Positions 49,298 through 58,310 of a stretch of DNA of 64,000 nucleotides are shown in pieces. Position numbers and translations under genes: made by a program. Position 1 is the first letter of the stretch; every line of letters starts with the position of its first letter. The stretch is from IMG/VR virus record IMGVR_UViG_3300006046_000001, positions 1 through 64,000 of that record; one strand, given 5' to 3'. Under the pieces are notes generated by a model that did not search any database, was not told the origin of the DNA, and saw only the letters and a program-made list of their open reading frames with translations. The DNA comes from a virus.

Positions 49298-50581
49298 ATG
49301 GAATCTTCGTTCGACCAGCACTTCCAGAAGAATTTCATATGTCACCTACTCAGAGATTCAGACTTCTTACTCAATGTCTTGAATGAGCTAGACGACAAGA
49401 TCTTTACAACAGACAGTTGGAAAAGGATTGTCAAGCTCTGTATAGACTTTGGTCGGGAACATAAGGCAGCTCCCGACACTCTGATCTTTAGGGTTCTAGA
49501 CGATCTACACAGCAAGGGACTTATCCCAGAGTCCTTGCATAAGGTTCTAAGTAAAGAGATAGACGAGTTCTTCTCTTTGGCTTTACAGAACCGTGGCTAT
49601 CTACTTCAGCAGTATAGCACATTTCTGCGACAGCAGAAAGCTAAATCGCTGATGGTTCCCTTCATGGAGTCGGTGAAGAAAGGGAACTTCTCAGATGCTG
49701 AAAATATGATGAAGGAGCTGTTTCAATACAGACCTTCAAGAGAAGCAAACTTAGGCAGACGATTAACTGCTGATCCAAGCGAAAGAATCATTCGGCGTAG
49801 GCAAGAGGATGTAGACAGGTTCTGGACTCTTATCCCTGAGATAGATTCTAGGATTGATGGACTTCGCCCTGGTGAACTTGGAGTGTGGCAGTCGCAGAGA
49901 TCGTCGTCAGGTAAGTCAGCAGCACTGCAGTTCTTGGTTAGATCGTTTACTTTCCAAAGTAAGAGAACTCTAATCTTCACTACTGAAATGAGTGAAGAGG
50001 CGTATGAAGATCGTCTGGACATGTGTATTGCTGGTCTTACCAAGAAGGCATTGACCAATAGAAATCAGATCTTTGAGAAGCTGTTCAGTATGTTTAAGTT
50101 AGGTGGAGACATCTGGATCAAAGCAGTCCTACCTCACTTAACAAAGATCTCGGACTTGAGAAACTACACAGCCATGATCAAGAATGTTCATGGCTTTGTA
50201 CCTGAGGCAATCATACTAGACTACGCTGACGAAATCGCACCAGAAGAGAACTCTCTTAAAGCAGACTTACATGCAGCAGGTAGAGATGTCTATGGCAACT
50301 TCGTCGCTTGGCTGAAAGAGGATCAGCTAGTAGGGTGGACTGGTCTACAAAGCGGTAGAGGTGCTGGAGAAGAATTAGTTGCTGACCAACACCATACTGG
50401 CGGTAGTATAGCTAAGGCACAGATTGCTGATCTGATTATCAGCATCAACCGCACAAGAGAAGAAGAAGAGAAGGGGTTGACTAGACTGTTCGTTGCCAAG
50501 GCCAGAGAAGCCAAAGCAAGATATTCAGTCTGCATCCAATCTGACTTTAGCAAGATGGCATTCTGGACCAGAGGTGAGTGA
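49298..50581 (+). CDS. DnaB-like replicative helicase
   Basis: N-terminal DnaB-like helical domain. GELGVWQSQRSSSGKSAAL (Walker A-like) and IILDYADEI (Walker B-like). Confidence 0.6.
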   Translation: MESSFDQHFQKNFICHLLRDSDFLLNVLNELDDKIFTTDSWKRIVKLCIDFGREHKAAPDTLIFRVLDDLHSKGLIPESLHKVLSKEIDEFFSLALQNRGYLLQQYSTFLRQQKAKSLMVPFMESVKKGNFSDAENMMKELFQYRPSREANLGRRLTADPSERIIRRRQEDVDRFWTLIPEIDSRIDGLRPGELGVWQSQRSSSGKSAALQFLVRSFTFQSKRTLIFTTEMSEEAYEDRLDMCIAGLTKKALTNRNQIFEKLFSMFKLGGDIWIKAVLPHLTKISDLRNYTAMIKNVHGFVPEAIILDYADEIAPEENSLKADLHAAGRDVYGNFVAWLKEDQLVGWTGLQSGRGAGEELVADQHHTGGSIAKAQIADLIISINRTREEEEKGLTRLFVAKAREAKARYSVCIQSDFSKMAFWTRGE

Positions 50582-50850
50582 TGTTCGATTCTGACAAAGT
50601 AAGAGACAAGATCGAAGATCTAGCAGAGCGGGGCTGGTCTGTCCAACTGCATGAATACCTAGAGTTAAGGTTGAACGGTCATGAACGGCAGTTCCTACTT
50701 CCACACCTCAGCCTAGAGTGCCTTGTGCACGTAGTGACTTACTGTTTGTCCAACTGTCAGCCACGCAGCGATACTACTTACGACGGTGCTTTACAGAAGT
50801 TCCTTGTGCCAGAACTTTTGAGAAGGTTAGAAGACCGTGACGAAGCTTGA
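50578..50850 (+). CDS. hypothetical protein
   Basis: 90-aa ORF with ATGA overlap. No family recognised. Confidence 0.45.
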   Translation: MMFDSDKVRDKIEDLAERGWSVQLHEYLELRLNGHERQFLLPHLSLECLVHVVTYCLSNCQPRSDTTYDGALQKFLVPELLRRLEDRDEA

Positions 50851-51796
50851 TGAAGCTATAGCAAACTTCCCTATCATAACCTGGATTGCAGAACATACTA
50901 CAGTCTTTGATAAGGGAAGAGTAAACACCTACGCCGACTGCCCAATCTGTGAAGGCAAGAAAACTCTCGGCATAGAACGAGACAAGAAGATCTTCCATTG
51001 CTTCCGTTGTAACGAAGGTGGTTACGGAGGAAGCATCTGGAACGGCAAAGCTCATCTAGTAAAGATGATCATGCTGTTAGAAAGAAAGACATTCAGCCAA
51101 ACTCGAGAAGTAATCTTCAAACTGGCTGGGTATCCAGATGTTATCATCGAGCAAGCTAAAGCTCCTAAAGCGGTCCTGCCTAGTGAAGCTATCTCTCTGG
51201 CCACTGCTCATCCTTCAGATCCAGCAATTCAGTATCTGAATAAGAGAGAAGTAGGGCATCTAAAGAACACTAGCTACATCTGCCTCTCTGGGCATTACGC
51301 CAATCGCATCATCTTTCCTACTGTCTTCTTAGGAGAGGTAACCGGATTTGAAGCCAAGCAGATCGGCGGTAAGTCTTTGTTCCCAGACTGGATGGATACT
51401 TACAGTACAGTATACACCACGCTCAACTTCAACCCTGCAATAGGGCTTGCAGTAGTTACAGAAAGTATCATAGATGCTGAAACTCTTAACTACAACGGTA
51501 TAGGACTCTTCGGCGGTTTCAAAGAGGGGCAGTTAGAGTGTCTGCTCAAACTCAGAGACAAGGGAGTCAAGAAGCTTGTCTGGATGATGGACTGGGATGC
51601 TTGGTATAAACAAGCTAAAGCGATCCTCGCTAAGACAATGAATCTCTTCGACAACTATGTAGTTAACTTCCCCAAAGATGAGGATCCTAACTCTCTCGGG
51701 ACAGTAGAGTGTTATCACCTTCTTGGCTCAGCAAGGAAGATCTCTGACGAATTTGACTTGGTAAAGGCCTCTCTTGACTTCGGAAGAATTCTTTAA
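50837..51796 (+). CDS. DNA primase (DnaG-type zinc finger plus TOPRIM)
   Basis: CPICEGKKTLGIERDKKIFHCFRCNEGG zinc ribbon. TOPRIM-like VVTESIIDAETL and MMDWDAW. GTG start. Confidence 0.7.
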   Translation: MTKLDEAIANFPIITWIAEHTTVFDKGRVNTYADCPICEGKKTLGIERDKKIFHCFRCNEGGYGGSIWNGKAHLVKMIMLLERKTFSQTREVIFKLAGYPDVIIEQAKAPKAVLPSEAISLATAHPSDPAIQYLNKREVGHLKNTSYICLSGHYANRIIFPTVFLGEVTGFEAKQIGGKSLFPDWMDTYSTVYTTLNFNPAIGLAVVTESIIDAETLNYNGIGLFGGFKEGQLECLLKLRDKGVKKLVWMMDWDAWYKQAKAILAKTMNLFDNYVVNFPKDEDPNSLGTVECYHLLGSARKISDEFDLVKASLDFGRIL

Positions 51797-51844
51797 GTTG
51801 GAGAAAGATTTCTAAGAATTTTTCAAAGATACAAGATATTGCCA

Positions 51845-51873
51845 TTGTCATATTGTGGGTGATTGCGTATAAT
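51845..51873 (+). promoter_or_regulatory. sigma70-type promoter (TTGTCA-17 nt-TATAAT)
   Basis: -35 TTGTCA at 51845-50, 17-nt spacer, -10 TATAAT at 51868-73. Located in the intergenic gap upstream of ATG 51914. Confidence 0.6.
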
Positions 51874-51913
51874 TGTGGGAGCAGGGGGGCAATTTTTCGA
51901 GCGAAAGGAAATC

Positions 51914-52093
51914 ATGACAGACGATGAAAGAGCAGCAAAGGTTATCTCTTGCGTGTGGGCACTTGTAGTGCTCGCAGGTAAGGCCATCAAAGGTTCTTTG
52001 TCAGAACCTGAGGTAAGAGCAACCTTTATGGATGCGGATGCTTTGGCTCCGCTGATTGAATCCAGAATCCAAGGGCTGACCAAACGTGACTAA
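51914..52093 (+). CDS. small hypothetical protein
   Basis: Trimmed to ATG 51914 (MTDDERAAKV...) with AGGAA upstream, downstream of the predicted promoter. Confidence 0.4.
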   Translation: MTDDERAAKVISCVWALVVLAGKAIKGSLSEPEVRATFMDADALAPLIESRIQGLTKRD

Positions 52094-53015
52094 ACTCCTG
52101 ATAGACGGAAACCATCTTACCGGAAGGTGCCGAGCCACCTTAGGTGACATGATGACGTCTAAGGGAGAGCTTAGCGGTGTAGTCTATGGATTCATCAAAG
52201 GTTTGTTCTGGGTGCAGAGTGAAGTTCGAGTAGAAACAGATAATACTGTAATCTGTTGGGACTACGGACGAAGCGAAGTCCGAATGAATCTGTATCCAGA
52301 CTACAAAGGAAACCGTGCAGCAAAGACTCCTGAAGCAGAACTTCAGTACGAGTCTTACCTCCACCAACTAAACTCGTTGAACTTGGGTCTTGAGCACCTT
52401 GGCTGTAAGCAAGTCAGAGTCAAGGGTATCGAGGCAGACGATCTGATTGGAATCTTCAGCGCCTTTTATAGGGAGACCATGCATGAAAATGTAGTCATCT
52501 ACAGCGGCGACCATGATATGCACCAACTAGTTCGCTCAGGTTCTGGTGCGTGGGTTAGGGTGTTTGATGCGAAGAAGCGATACCTAGATGAGGAAACAGT
52601 CCTCAAGAACTGGGATGTTCCTTCTATTGCTCACATACCCTACTACAAAGCGCTAGTTGGTGACAACTCCGACAACATAGACGGAGTAGATCGTATAGGA
52701 GACAAGACTGCAGTAAAGATCTTAAAGTACTTGCTTATCAGTGCTGACGGTCAACTGACCTGGTCTCCGACTCAAGATAAATCAGCTCTGAAGTGGATTG
52801 GTGAGTTTAACAAGAACTGGGGAATCATCCACAGGAATGTTAGACTCATGAAGATCCCAAGGTCGTGGGAAGAAAGTCTCTATTCCAAAGAGCAGGCGTT
52901 ATCTGCTCTGGAGCAACTTTCTAGCAGAGGGAGGAAGCCTGACGATCTCCAGCTGATGCAGTTCTTCAAGCGTTGGGAACTAAACTCCTTGGTAGAATCG
53001 TATAAAGGCTTTTAA
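52086..53015 (+). CDS. 5'-3' exonuclease / flap endonuclease (PIN plus H3TH)
   Basis: LLIDGNHL, GIEADDLIG, SGDHDMHQL, VGDNSDNIDGVDRIGDKTAVKIL. Confidence 0.85.
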   Translation: MTKLLIDGNHLTGRCRATLGDMMTSKGELSGVVYGFIKGLFWVQSEVRVETDNTVICWDYGRSEVRMNLYPDYKGNRAAKTPEAELQYESYLHQLNSLNLGLEHLGCKQVRVKGIEADDLIGIFSAFYRETMHENVVIYSGDHDMHQLVRSGSGAWVRVFDAKKRYLDEETVLKNWDVPSIAHIPYYKALVGDNSDNIDGVDRIGDKTAVKILKYLLISADGQLTWSPTQDKSALKWIGEFNKNWGIIHRNVRLMKIPRSWEESLYSKEQALSALEQLSSRGRKPDDLQLMQFFKRWELNSLVESYKGF

Positions 53016-53016
53016 C

Positions 53017-53400
53017 ATGAGTCAGAAAGTAAATTGCACGTTCGGTCTAGACATCGACTTCATCAAGCCGGTCGACGCATTAGCTGCTCGAACCCGGAGA
53101 ACCAAGGCTTCTCTGTGGCGTGAAGCTATCGAAGATCTGCTGATGAAGCATGGCCAGCCGTTCAGCATGCCCAAACAGGACAATCAGGATGACATCCTTT
53201 CAGCAGGATTCCAGCCAGCCCCGGCTGTGCCACTCGAACCAAGACCTATCCCAGTCCCGATCAGCGGACCAGTGCCAACCCCAGGAGCCCCTCCAACACA
53301 GCTTGGACCAACTCCAGTCTTTACTCCTCCCCCGCCCCCAACCTCTGTTCCGCCCGCCTACGTGGCAGGAACAAATGGTCCAGCTGCTGGCGGAAGGTGA
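53017..53400 (+). CDS. ribbon-helix-helix-like DNA-binding protein with Pro-rich tail (putative)
   Basis: The N-terminal FGLDIDFIKPVDALAARTRRTKASLWREAIEDLL resembles CopG/Arc RHH. The C-terminal half is Pro-rich. Confidence 0.4.
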   Translation: MSQKVNCTFGLDIDFIKPVDALAARTRRTKASLWREAIEDLLMKHGQPFSMPKQDNQDDILSAGFQPAPAVPLEPRPIPVPISGPVPTPGAPPTQLGPTPVFTPPPPPTSVPPAYVAGTNGPAAGGR

Positions 53401-53956
53401 GTTCGACGGCTACTTAATCCATGCCGTGAACAAACTTCGTCCTAAGCTTCCTCTGCCTTTACCAGACTTTAACGATCTGTTACAACAGACTAGAGTCTGG
53501 GCACTGGAAGCCATTGATATGTTTGTTCAGGCGGACGCCGAGTTCACCACCTTTCTGTTCAAGCACTTGAACATCAGAAGCATGCAGTGGTTTAACTACT
53601 GCTGGATGCCCTGTAATCAACCATCTAACAGATGGGTACTAGCCTTCTCTTTGCTGGAAGGCGAAGATGGATCTAACTTTGATCCTTCTAAGATGGTAGG
53701 GAAGCCAGATCTGAGCGTGACTCTGGTGAGGTGTCTGAAAGAGCTTCGTCCTTACAACAAGGACTTGTTCTCTTACTTCGTTGAGTTCATTGAGTATGAA
53801 GAGAAGTGGGAGAAGAAACCAAAGCTCTTACAGGCATTCAGGATGCCGCCACCCGCGACTAATGTAGCCCTTGTCACAGGACTACAGATATCACGAGTGG
53901 AAGATTTCATTAACGACCTAGAGCGAGTAGGTCTCAACTTGGCAGAAATGCTGTAA
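53375..53956 (+). CDS. second sigma-70-family-like protein (putative)
   Basis: Trimmed to ATG 53375. FNDLLQQTRVWALEAIDMFVQADAEFTTFLFKHLNIRSMQWF resembles sigma region 2. ATNVALVTGLQISRVEDFINDLERVG is region-4-like. Confidence 0.4.
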   Translation: MVQLLAEGEFDGYLIHAVNKLRPKLPLPLPDFNDLLQQTRVWALEAIDMFVQADAEFTTFLFKHLNIRSMQWFNYCWMPCNQPSNRWVLAFSLLEGEDGSNFDPSKMVGKPDLSVTLVRCLKELRPYNKDLFSYFVEFIEYEEKWEKKPKLLQAFRMPPPATNVALVTGLQISRVEDFINDLERVGLNLAEML

Positions 53957-54312
53957 TGGCAGTTCCCGTTAGCACTCCGCCCTGTTATGGTATCCTGTAC
54001 GATATCAGAACAGAAGCTTGTCAAGCCTGTCTAGTAAACTGTGATTGCAAGGAAGCACTGAAGAGACCAAAAGCAGCAGTCGGAGAAGATCCAAACATAG
54101 ACGATCTTAACGATGATAAGAAGCTGCTGATTCTTGCTGTATGTCAGAAATATGGAATACCGACACAGTATTTCTCAAAGACAGACAAGACGATGATCCA
54201 GGCAACTCCAGAGAACAAAGTGCAGTTCCACAATCTAGACTTCTTGCTCTGTAACATAACAGCGCTGAAGGTCTTGTTGTCGGCTGAGCTAGTTCAAGAC
54301 AGGCAGGAATAA
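53956..54312 (+). CDS. hypothetical protein
   Basis: 118-aa ORF with an N-terminal CxxC..C.C cysteines. No family recognised. Confidence 0.45.
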   Translation: MAVPVSTPPCYGILYDIRTEACQACLVNCDCKEALKRPKAAVGEDPNIDDLNDDKKLLILAVCQKYGIPTQYFSKTDKTMIQATPENKVQFHNLDFLLCNITALKVLLSAELVQDRQE

Positions 54313-54777
54313 ATGCTCTGCACGAAGCGACTTGAGTTTGACGCTGGTCACCGAGTCCTTGGGCATGGAGGTAAGTGTAGACACCTGCATGGTCATCGCT
54401 ATGCCGCAGAGATTACTGTGTACGCAGAAGAGACCAACAAGCTCGGCTTCGTGGTGGACTTCGGTTGCATCAAGGAAGCTGTAGGCGAGTGGATTGACGA
54501 CAACTGGGATCACAACTTTCTCTGCAATGCTGACGATCCTTTACTACATGTCTTGGATCACTCTGAGCTAGAGTTTGAAGTGACTGGAGGACGTAAACCG
54601 TTTGTTATGCCGGGCAAGCAGAACCCGTCGGCAGAAAATCTTGCTCGCTTTCTGCTCTTCAAAGCAACAGAGCTCTTGGAAGATGCCTACCACGTAAGAG
54701 TTGTCAAAGTAAGGCTTTATGAAACACCAACCTGCTGGTCAGACTTCCGAAATCCCTACTTCCACCCCAGCGAGTAA
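54313..54777 (+). CDS. queD: 6-carboxy-5,6,7,8-tetrahydropterin synthase (QueD)
   Basis: LEFDAGHRVLGHGGKCRHLHGHRY matches the QueD/PTPS zinc and catalytic Cys motif (CxxxHGH). Confidence 0.85.
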   Translation: MLCTKRLEFDAGHRVLGHGGKCRHLHGHRYAAEITVYAEETNKLGFVVDFGCIKEAVGEWIDDNWDHNFLCNADDPLLHVLDHSELEFEVTGGRKPFVMPGKQNPSAENLARFLLFKATELLEDAYHVRVVKVRLYETPTCWSDFRNPYFHPSE

Positions 54778-55498
54778 GCTACTCAAAGTGGTGGCGATCT
54801 TTCGTACACTTGATGGTGAGTGTACACTCAACGGTCCTCTTCAGTTCTCTACGTTCATTCGCCTCGGCGGGTGCAATCTGAGATGTTGGAAGAGCACTGG
54901 GTTCTGTGATGCTCCTGCTACTTTGGATATGAGCTTTCCATATCCTGAGATGACAGTAGAGCAGATCATTACAAAGGTAGAACAGCTGAAAGTCAAGAGA
55001 GTGACCATAACTGGAGGAGAACCTCTGCTCCAGAAGCCTTTGCTCTTAGATCTCTGCTATGCCTTGAAAGAGTTAGGCATCAAGATCCATCTAGAGACAA
55101 GCGGGTCAATAGCGTTGCTCTCTACTGAGCTGTACGCTTTTGACTGTGTAATCATGGATCTGAAACCTCCGTCCACTGAGATGGAGAAGATGAACAAGTT
55201 CAGCATGATACCAATGCTGCGGACTCACGATTACATCAAGTTTGTGCTTAGTGACAGGGCTGACTTCACTTGGGCTTTGTCTGTACTGAAGAAGTACAAC
55301 CACAGATGTCATGTAGCAATGGGACCACGCTTCGGCTATCTCACTGGAGCAGAGATCGTTAAGTGGTTAGCAGAAGCTGAACAGTTCCAGATACAACTCA
55401 ACCTTCAACTTCACAAGTACATCTGGCCTCATGATGAACCTTACTTTAAGGATCTGAAGCAAGTTGACTTCAACAAGTTTGTGGCTCTGGAGAAATAA
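54719..55498 (+). CDS. queE: 7-carboxy-7-deazaguanine synthase (QueE, radical SAM)
   Basis: FIRLGGCNLRCWKSTGFCDAP cluster motif and ITGGEPLLQ. The ATG start overlaps queD by 59 nt. An alternative GTG at 54788 is possible. Confidence 0.8.
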   Translation: MKHQPAGQTSEIPTSTPASKLLKVVAIFRTLDGECTLNGPLQFSTFIRLGGCNLRCWKSTGFCDAPATLDMSFPYPEMTVEQIITKVEQLKVKRVTITGGEPLLQKPLLLDLCYALKELGIKIHLETSGSIALLSTELYAFDCVIMDLKPPSTEMEKMNKFSMIPMLRTHDYIKFVLSDRADFTWALSVLKKYNHRCHVAMGPRFGYLTGAEIVKWLAEAEQFQIQLNLQLHKYIWPHDEPYFKDLKQVDFNKFVALEK

Positions 55499-55500
55499 GC

Positions 55501-55713
55501 ATGGACAAGCACATTAAAGTGATTTACGTCTCTGTCTCAGGCTCCAGAGCAGACGCTCTCAAACAGTTGCAAGACAAGATCAACGATTATACTGAGAAGC
55601 CAAAGACCGACTTCAACACTGGCTGGAGGTTTCACAGCCAGAACTTGGTGCACTTGCAAACCAACATCGGCATTGAAATCTACGGCCTCTTGTTCTTTGA
55701 AGAATCACGATGA
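55501..55713 (+). CDS. hypothetical protein inside the deazaguanine operon
   Basis: 70-aa ORF with ATGA overlap with the next gene. No family recognised. Confidence 0.45.
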   Translation: MDKHIKVIYVSVSGSRADALKQLQDKINDYTEKPKTDFNTGWRFHSQNLVHLQTNIGIEIYGLLFFEESR

Positions 55714-56495
55714 TCCATTTGCATCAGAGACCAGCAGCAATTGCTTTTACCGGTGGAATTGACAGCACGGTTCTAGCCTACTGGCTGTGCGCTGAGAATG
55801 ACAAGCTCGAGTTAGAGTTTTCACCCACACCAGAACCTCCTGGGTATAAGACCAAGCTGACTCTTCTGTGCTGCAACTATGGACAGAAGACCTGGAATAG
55901 GACTCTTGATCTTGCCAATGAACATGCGATGATCTTGTCGCATAAGTATCCTAAGCTTCATGTTGAAGCTCAGCCCATCCGAGTGGTCCTCCCTGATTGG
56001 ACTACCGGTGGTGGATTGTTCCAAGAGAATTATGTTCCACCGAAGCAAGACGAGACAGTAGACCATCATGAAGAAGTTCGGCGGTATGATTACTGCTACG
56101 TGGATGGTCTGAACGTCATCATGTACTCTTGGATGATGGCATGGTGCTCAAAACAGGAGGTCAGCTACTTGTTGACAGGCCATCAGTTTGAAGTGAACGA
56201 GTGGGATCATTTCGACGGGTACAAGTACAGAACTGATGACTCAACTCCATTCTTTACTGAACGAATGAATTTGATGAATGAGCTTGGATTCTCCTATAGA
56301 ACTAGGATTGAGTCGCCGTTCATCAGTATGAGACTAAGCAAGTACAACATCTGCAACCTAGGTGTTCAGCTAGATGTTGATCTAGGAAAGAAGACTTTCT
56401 CTTGTCAGTTTAGTCCCTCCTGCCAAAAGTGTGATAACTGCATTATTCGCCGCAAGGCGTTTGCGATGCTGAATATCAAGGATGAATATGTTTAG
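55710..56495 (+). CDS. queC: QueC-like PP-loop ATPase (7-cyano-7-deazaguanine synthase family), paralogue 1
   Basis: AIAFTGGIDST (SGGxDS PP-loop), NYGQK (like DYGQRH), YVDGLNVIMYSW (like VPGRN), C-terminal CQFSPSCQKCDNCIIRR zinc cluster. Confidence 0.7.
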   Translation: MIHLHQRPAAIAFTGGIDSTVLAYWLCAENDKLELEFSPTPEPPGYKTKLTLLCCNYGQKTWNRTLDLANEHAMILSHKYPKLHVEAQPIRVVLPDWTTGGGLFQENYVPPKQDETVDHHEEVRRYDYCYVDGLNVIMYSWMMAWCSKQEVSYLLTGHQFEVNEWDHFDGYKYRTDDSTPFFTERMNLMNELGFSYRTRIESPFISMRLSKYNICNLGVQLDVDLGKKTFSCQFSPSCQKCDNCIIRRKAFAMLNIKDEYV

Positions 56496-57369
56496 AAACA
56501 TACTCGACCAACTCGACGCTGAGTATCGCTTTGCTATTGCTGAAGGTTCCAAAGTAGGACCTTTGAAGCAGAGCATAGTGTTAGACACTTATGGTAACGA
56601 CACTCCTAGTCGGTACGCTAACACCATGTCTGCGGTGCTCAGCACTGGAGAGTTCGGGTCTAAGACAATTGTAGTAGATGAGATCACTAGAAAGATGACG
56701 TCTAGGACTCTTCTGTTCAACAGTCTTGGCGACCCAATAGCGAACATGTGTTCAGCACATCTGACTAGAATCAGATGTGGGTTCATGGCAGCTTTGTGCT
56801 GTAGGTACTACTACCAACAGCATCAACTTCCACCCAAGGTAGCGATACTTGGCTTCGGTAGGATCGGCAAGACAGTACTGGACGTCTTGGCTAAAGTTCT
56901 AGACGACACAGCTACAGACTGGATGTTCAAAGAGTCAAGAGAGGCTCCTCTCGTCTATCTAGATGAGAAGCGAACTCCAGCTGACCTATCAGATGCGGAT
57001 CTAGTGATCACTTGCACATCTGAATGGGACAAGGCTGCCAGAATTAGTTCTAACACTTTCAAACACAAGAGTTTAGTTGTCTCTTTCGATCTAGGATACT
57101 TTCTAGATCGGTCGTTTAGACAGAATGAACAAAACAACTTTTCTGACTGTCCTTCGCACGTGAGGCACAACTTCCACGAAGAGTTTCCTTGGGATTGGGA
57201 AGACAGCGACGGCGAACTTGCGGCACCTACTTTTGCTCCTCTCTTTGAGCTTACCACACATGACGCTGGAATAGCTGTAGCGTACATCTATGGCATGGCT
57301 TTCTCGGATTTAATAATGTCACTACACTCCCACGACCTCATTCCCTACTTCGCCAGCCATGACCTCTAA
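56482..57369 (+). CDS. ornithine cyclodeaminase/mu-crystallin-like NAD(P)-binding enzyme (putative)
   Basis: HLTRIRCGFMAALCCRYY followed by KVAILGFGRIGKT (GxGxxG) mimics the T..RT.A...A..L ... iiG.G layout of the OCD/mu-crystallin family. Motif-level call only. Confidence 0.4.
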   Translation: MNMFRNILDQLDAEYRFAIAEGSKVGPLKQSIVLDTYGNDTPSRYANTMSAVLSTGEFGSKTIVVDEITRKMTSRTLLFNSLGDPIANMCSAHLTRIRCGFMAALCCRYYYQQHQLPPKVAILGFGRIGKTVLDVLAKVLDDTATDWMFKESREAPLVYLDEKRTPADLSDADLVITCTSEWDKAARISSNTFKHKSLVVSFDLGYFLDRSFRQNEQNNFSDCPSHVRHNFHEEFPWDWEDSDGELAAPTFAPLFELTTHDAGIAVAYIYGMAFSDLIMSLHSHDLIPYFASHDL

Positions 57370-58300
57370 TCACCCTAACCCATTCGTCCAGACCTGTATC
57401 AACATAGCTCGAAATGGATGTCAGAAGCAAGGAGCAGCAGGAGTTGCAGTTCCTTACTACAATCCTAAGCTCCAAGAGCTAGGCCGTTTTCTACTAACTC
57501 GTTCTGGCTGTCCTCAAGATTCTTGCCAGAACATCTGCGGTCCTCATAGCTACAAGAGTATAGCACTATGCTTCGGTGCTGGGATTGATAGCTACTGCGC
57601 TTTAATTTTAGCATTGCAACTAGAACACAATCCCATTCACGTAGTGCATGTCCACTACGGTCAGCCCTACTATGACGAAGAACAGTTTGTAGTAAACAGA
57701 ATCTTTTCAGCCTACCCTTCGGCGATGAAGCAAGACCTAAACCGCTTTCCTGGCTGGCAGAACAGACTCAAACTAGAAGACGGCGGCAATGATTCCAACG
57801 AAGGTTTCTACGCAGACATTGGCCTAGTCAATGAAGGTCTCGACTGGGAGAACTATATCATCCCAGCAAGAAACTTAGTGCTTGCGGCAATTGCCTCCCA
57901 GTACTCTAATCATGTTTGGGTTGTTGCCAACAGCAGAGCTAATGAAGCAGTAGGCACTCCAGACAAGACGAAGCACTTCTTCCAGACTACTGTAGAGATC
58001 ATGACGCAGTTTTATGGAAGCAAGTACATCTTCGGTTCGCCATTTAGTACACAATCAAAGCTTAGGGTAGTGCAAAACTACCTCCAAGCTGGTGGCTCTA
58101 TAGAAGCTCTCAAAGAGACTGTTTCTTGTTATTCGCCATCAAAGGGAGATATAATTCATTGTGGTAAGTGTTATGCTTGCTACAAAAGATTCAAGCTCTT
58201 CCAGGCTCTGAACGTGGAACATAACTTTGTGGTACATCCACAAAGTGCTCCAAACTGGAATGCTTACGAAGCAAGAGAAGCGAAAAAACATGGAGTTTAA
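57359..58300 (+). CDS. QueC-like PP-loop ATPase, paralogue 2, with Cys-rich N-terminal extension
   Basis: ALCFGAGIDS (degenerate PP-loop), HVHYGQPYY, IIPARNLVLAAIAS, C-terminal SCYSPSKGDIIHCGKCYACYKRF. Carries a ~65-aa N-terminal extension with C..C...C..C..C. Confidence 0.6.
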   Translation: MTSNHPNPFVQTCINIARNGCQKQGAAGVAVPYYNPKLQELGRFLLTRSGCPQDSCQNICGPHSYKSIALCFGAGIDSYCALILALQLEHNPIHVVHVHYGQPYYDEEQFVVNRIFSAYPSAMKQDLNRFPGWQNRLKLEDGGNDSNEGFYADIGLVNEGLDWENYIIPARNLVLAAIASQYSNHVWVVANSRANEAVGTPDKTKHFFQTTVEIMTQFYGSKYIFGSPFSTQSKLRVVQNYLQAGGSIEALKETVSCYSPSKGDIIHCGKCYACYKRFKLFQALNVEHNFVVHPQSAPNWNAYEAREAKKHGV

Positions 58301-58310
58301 GACTTAAGAA

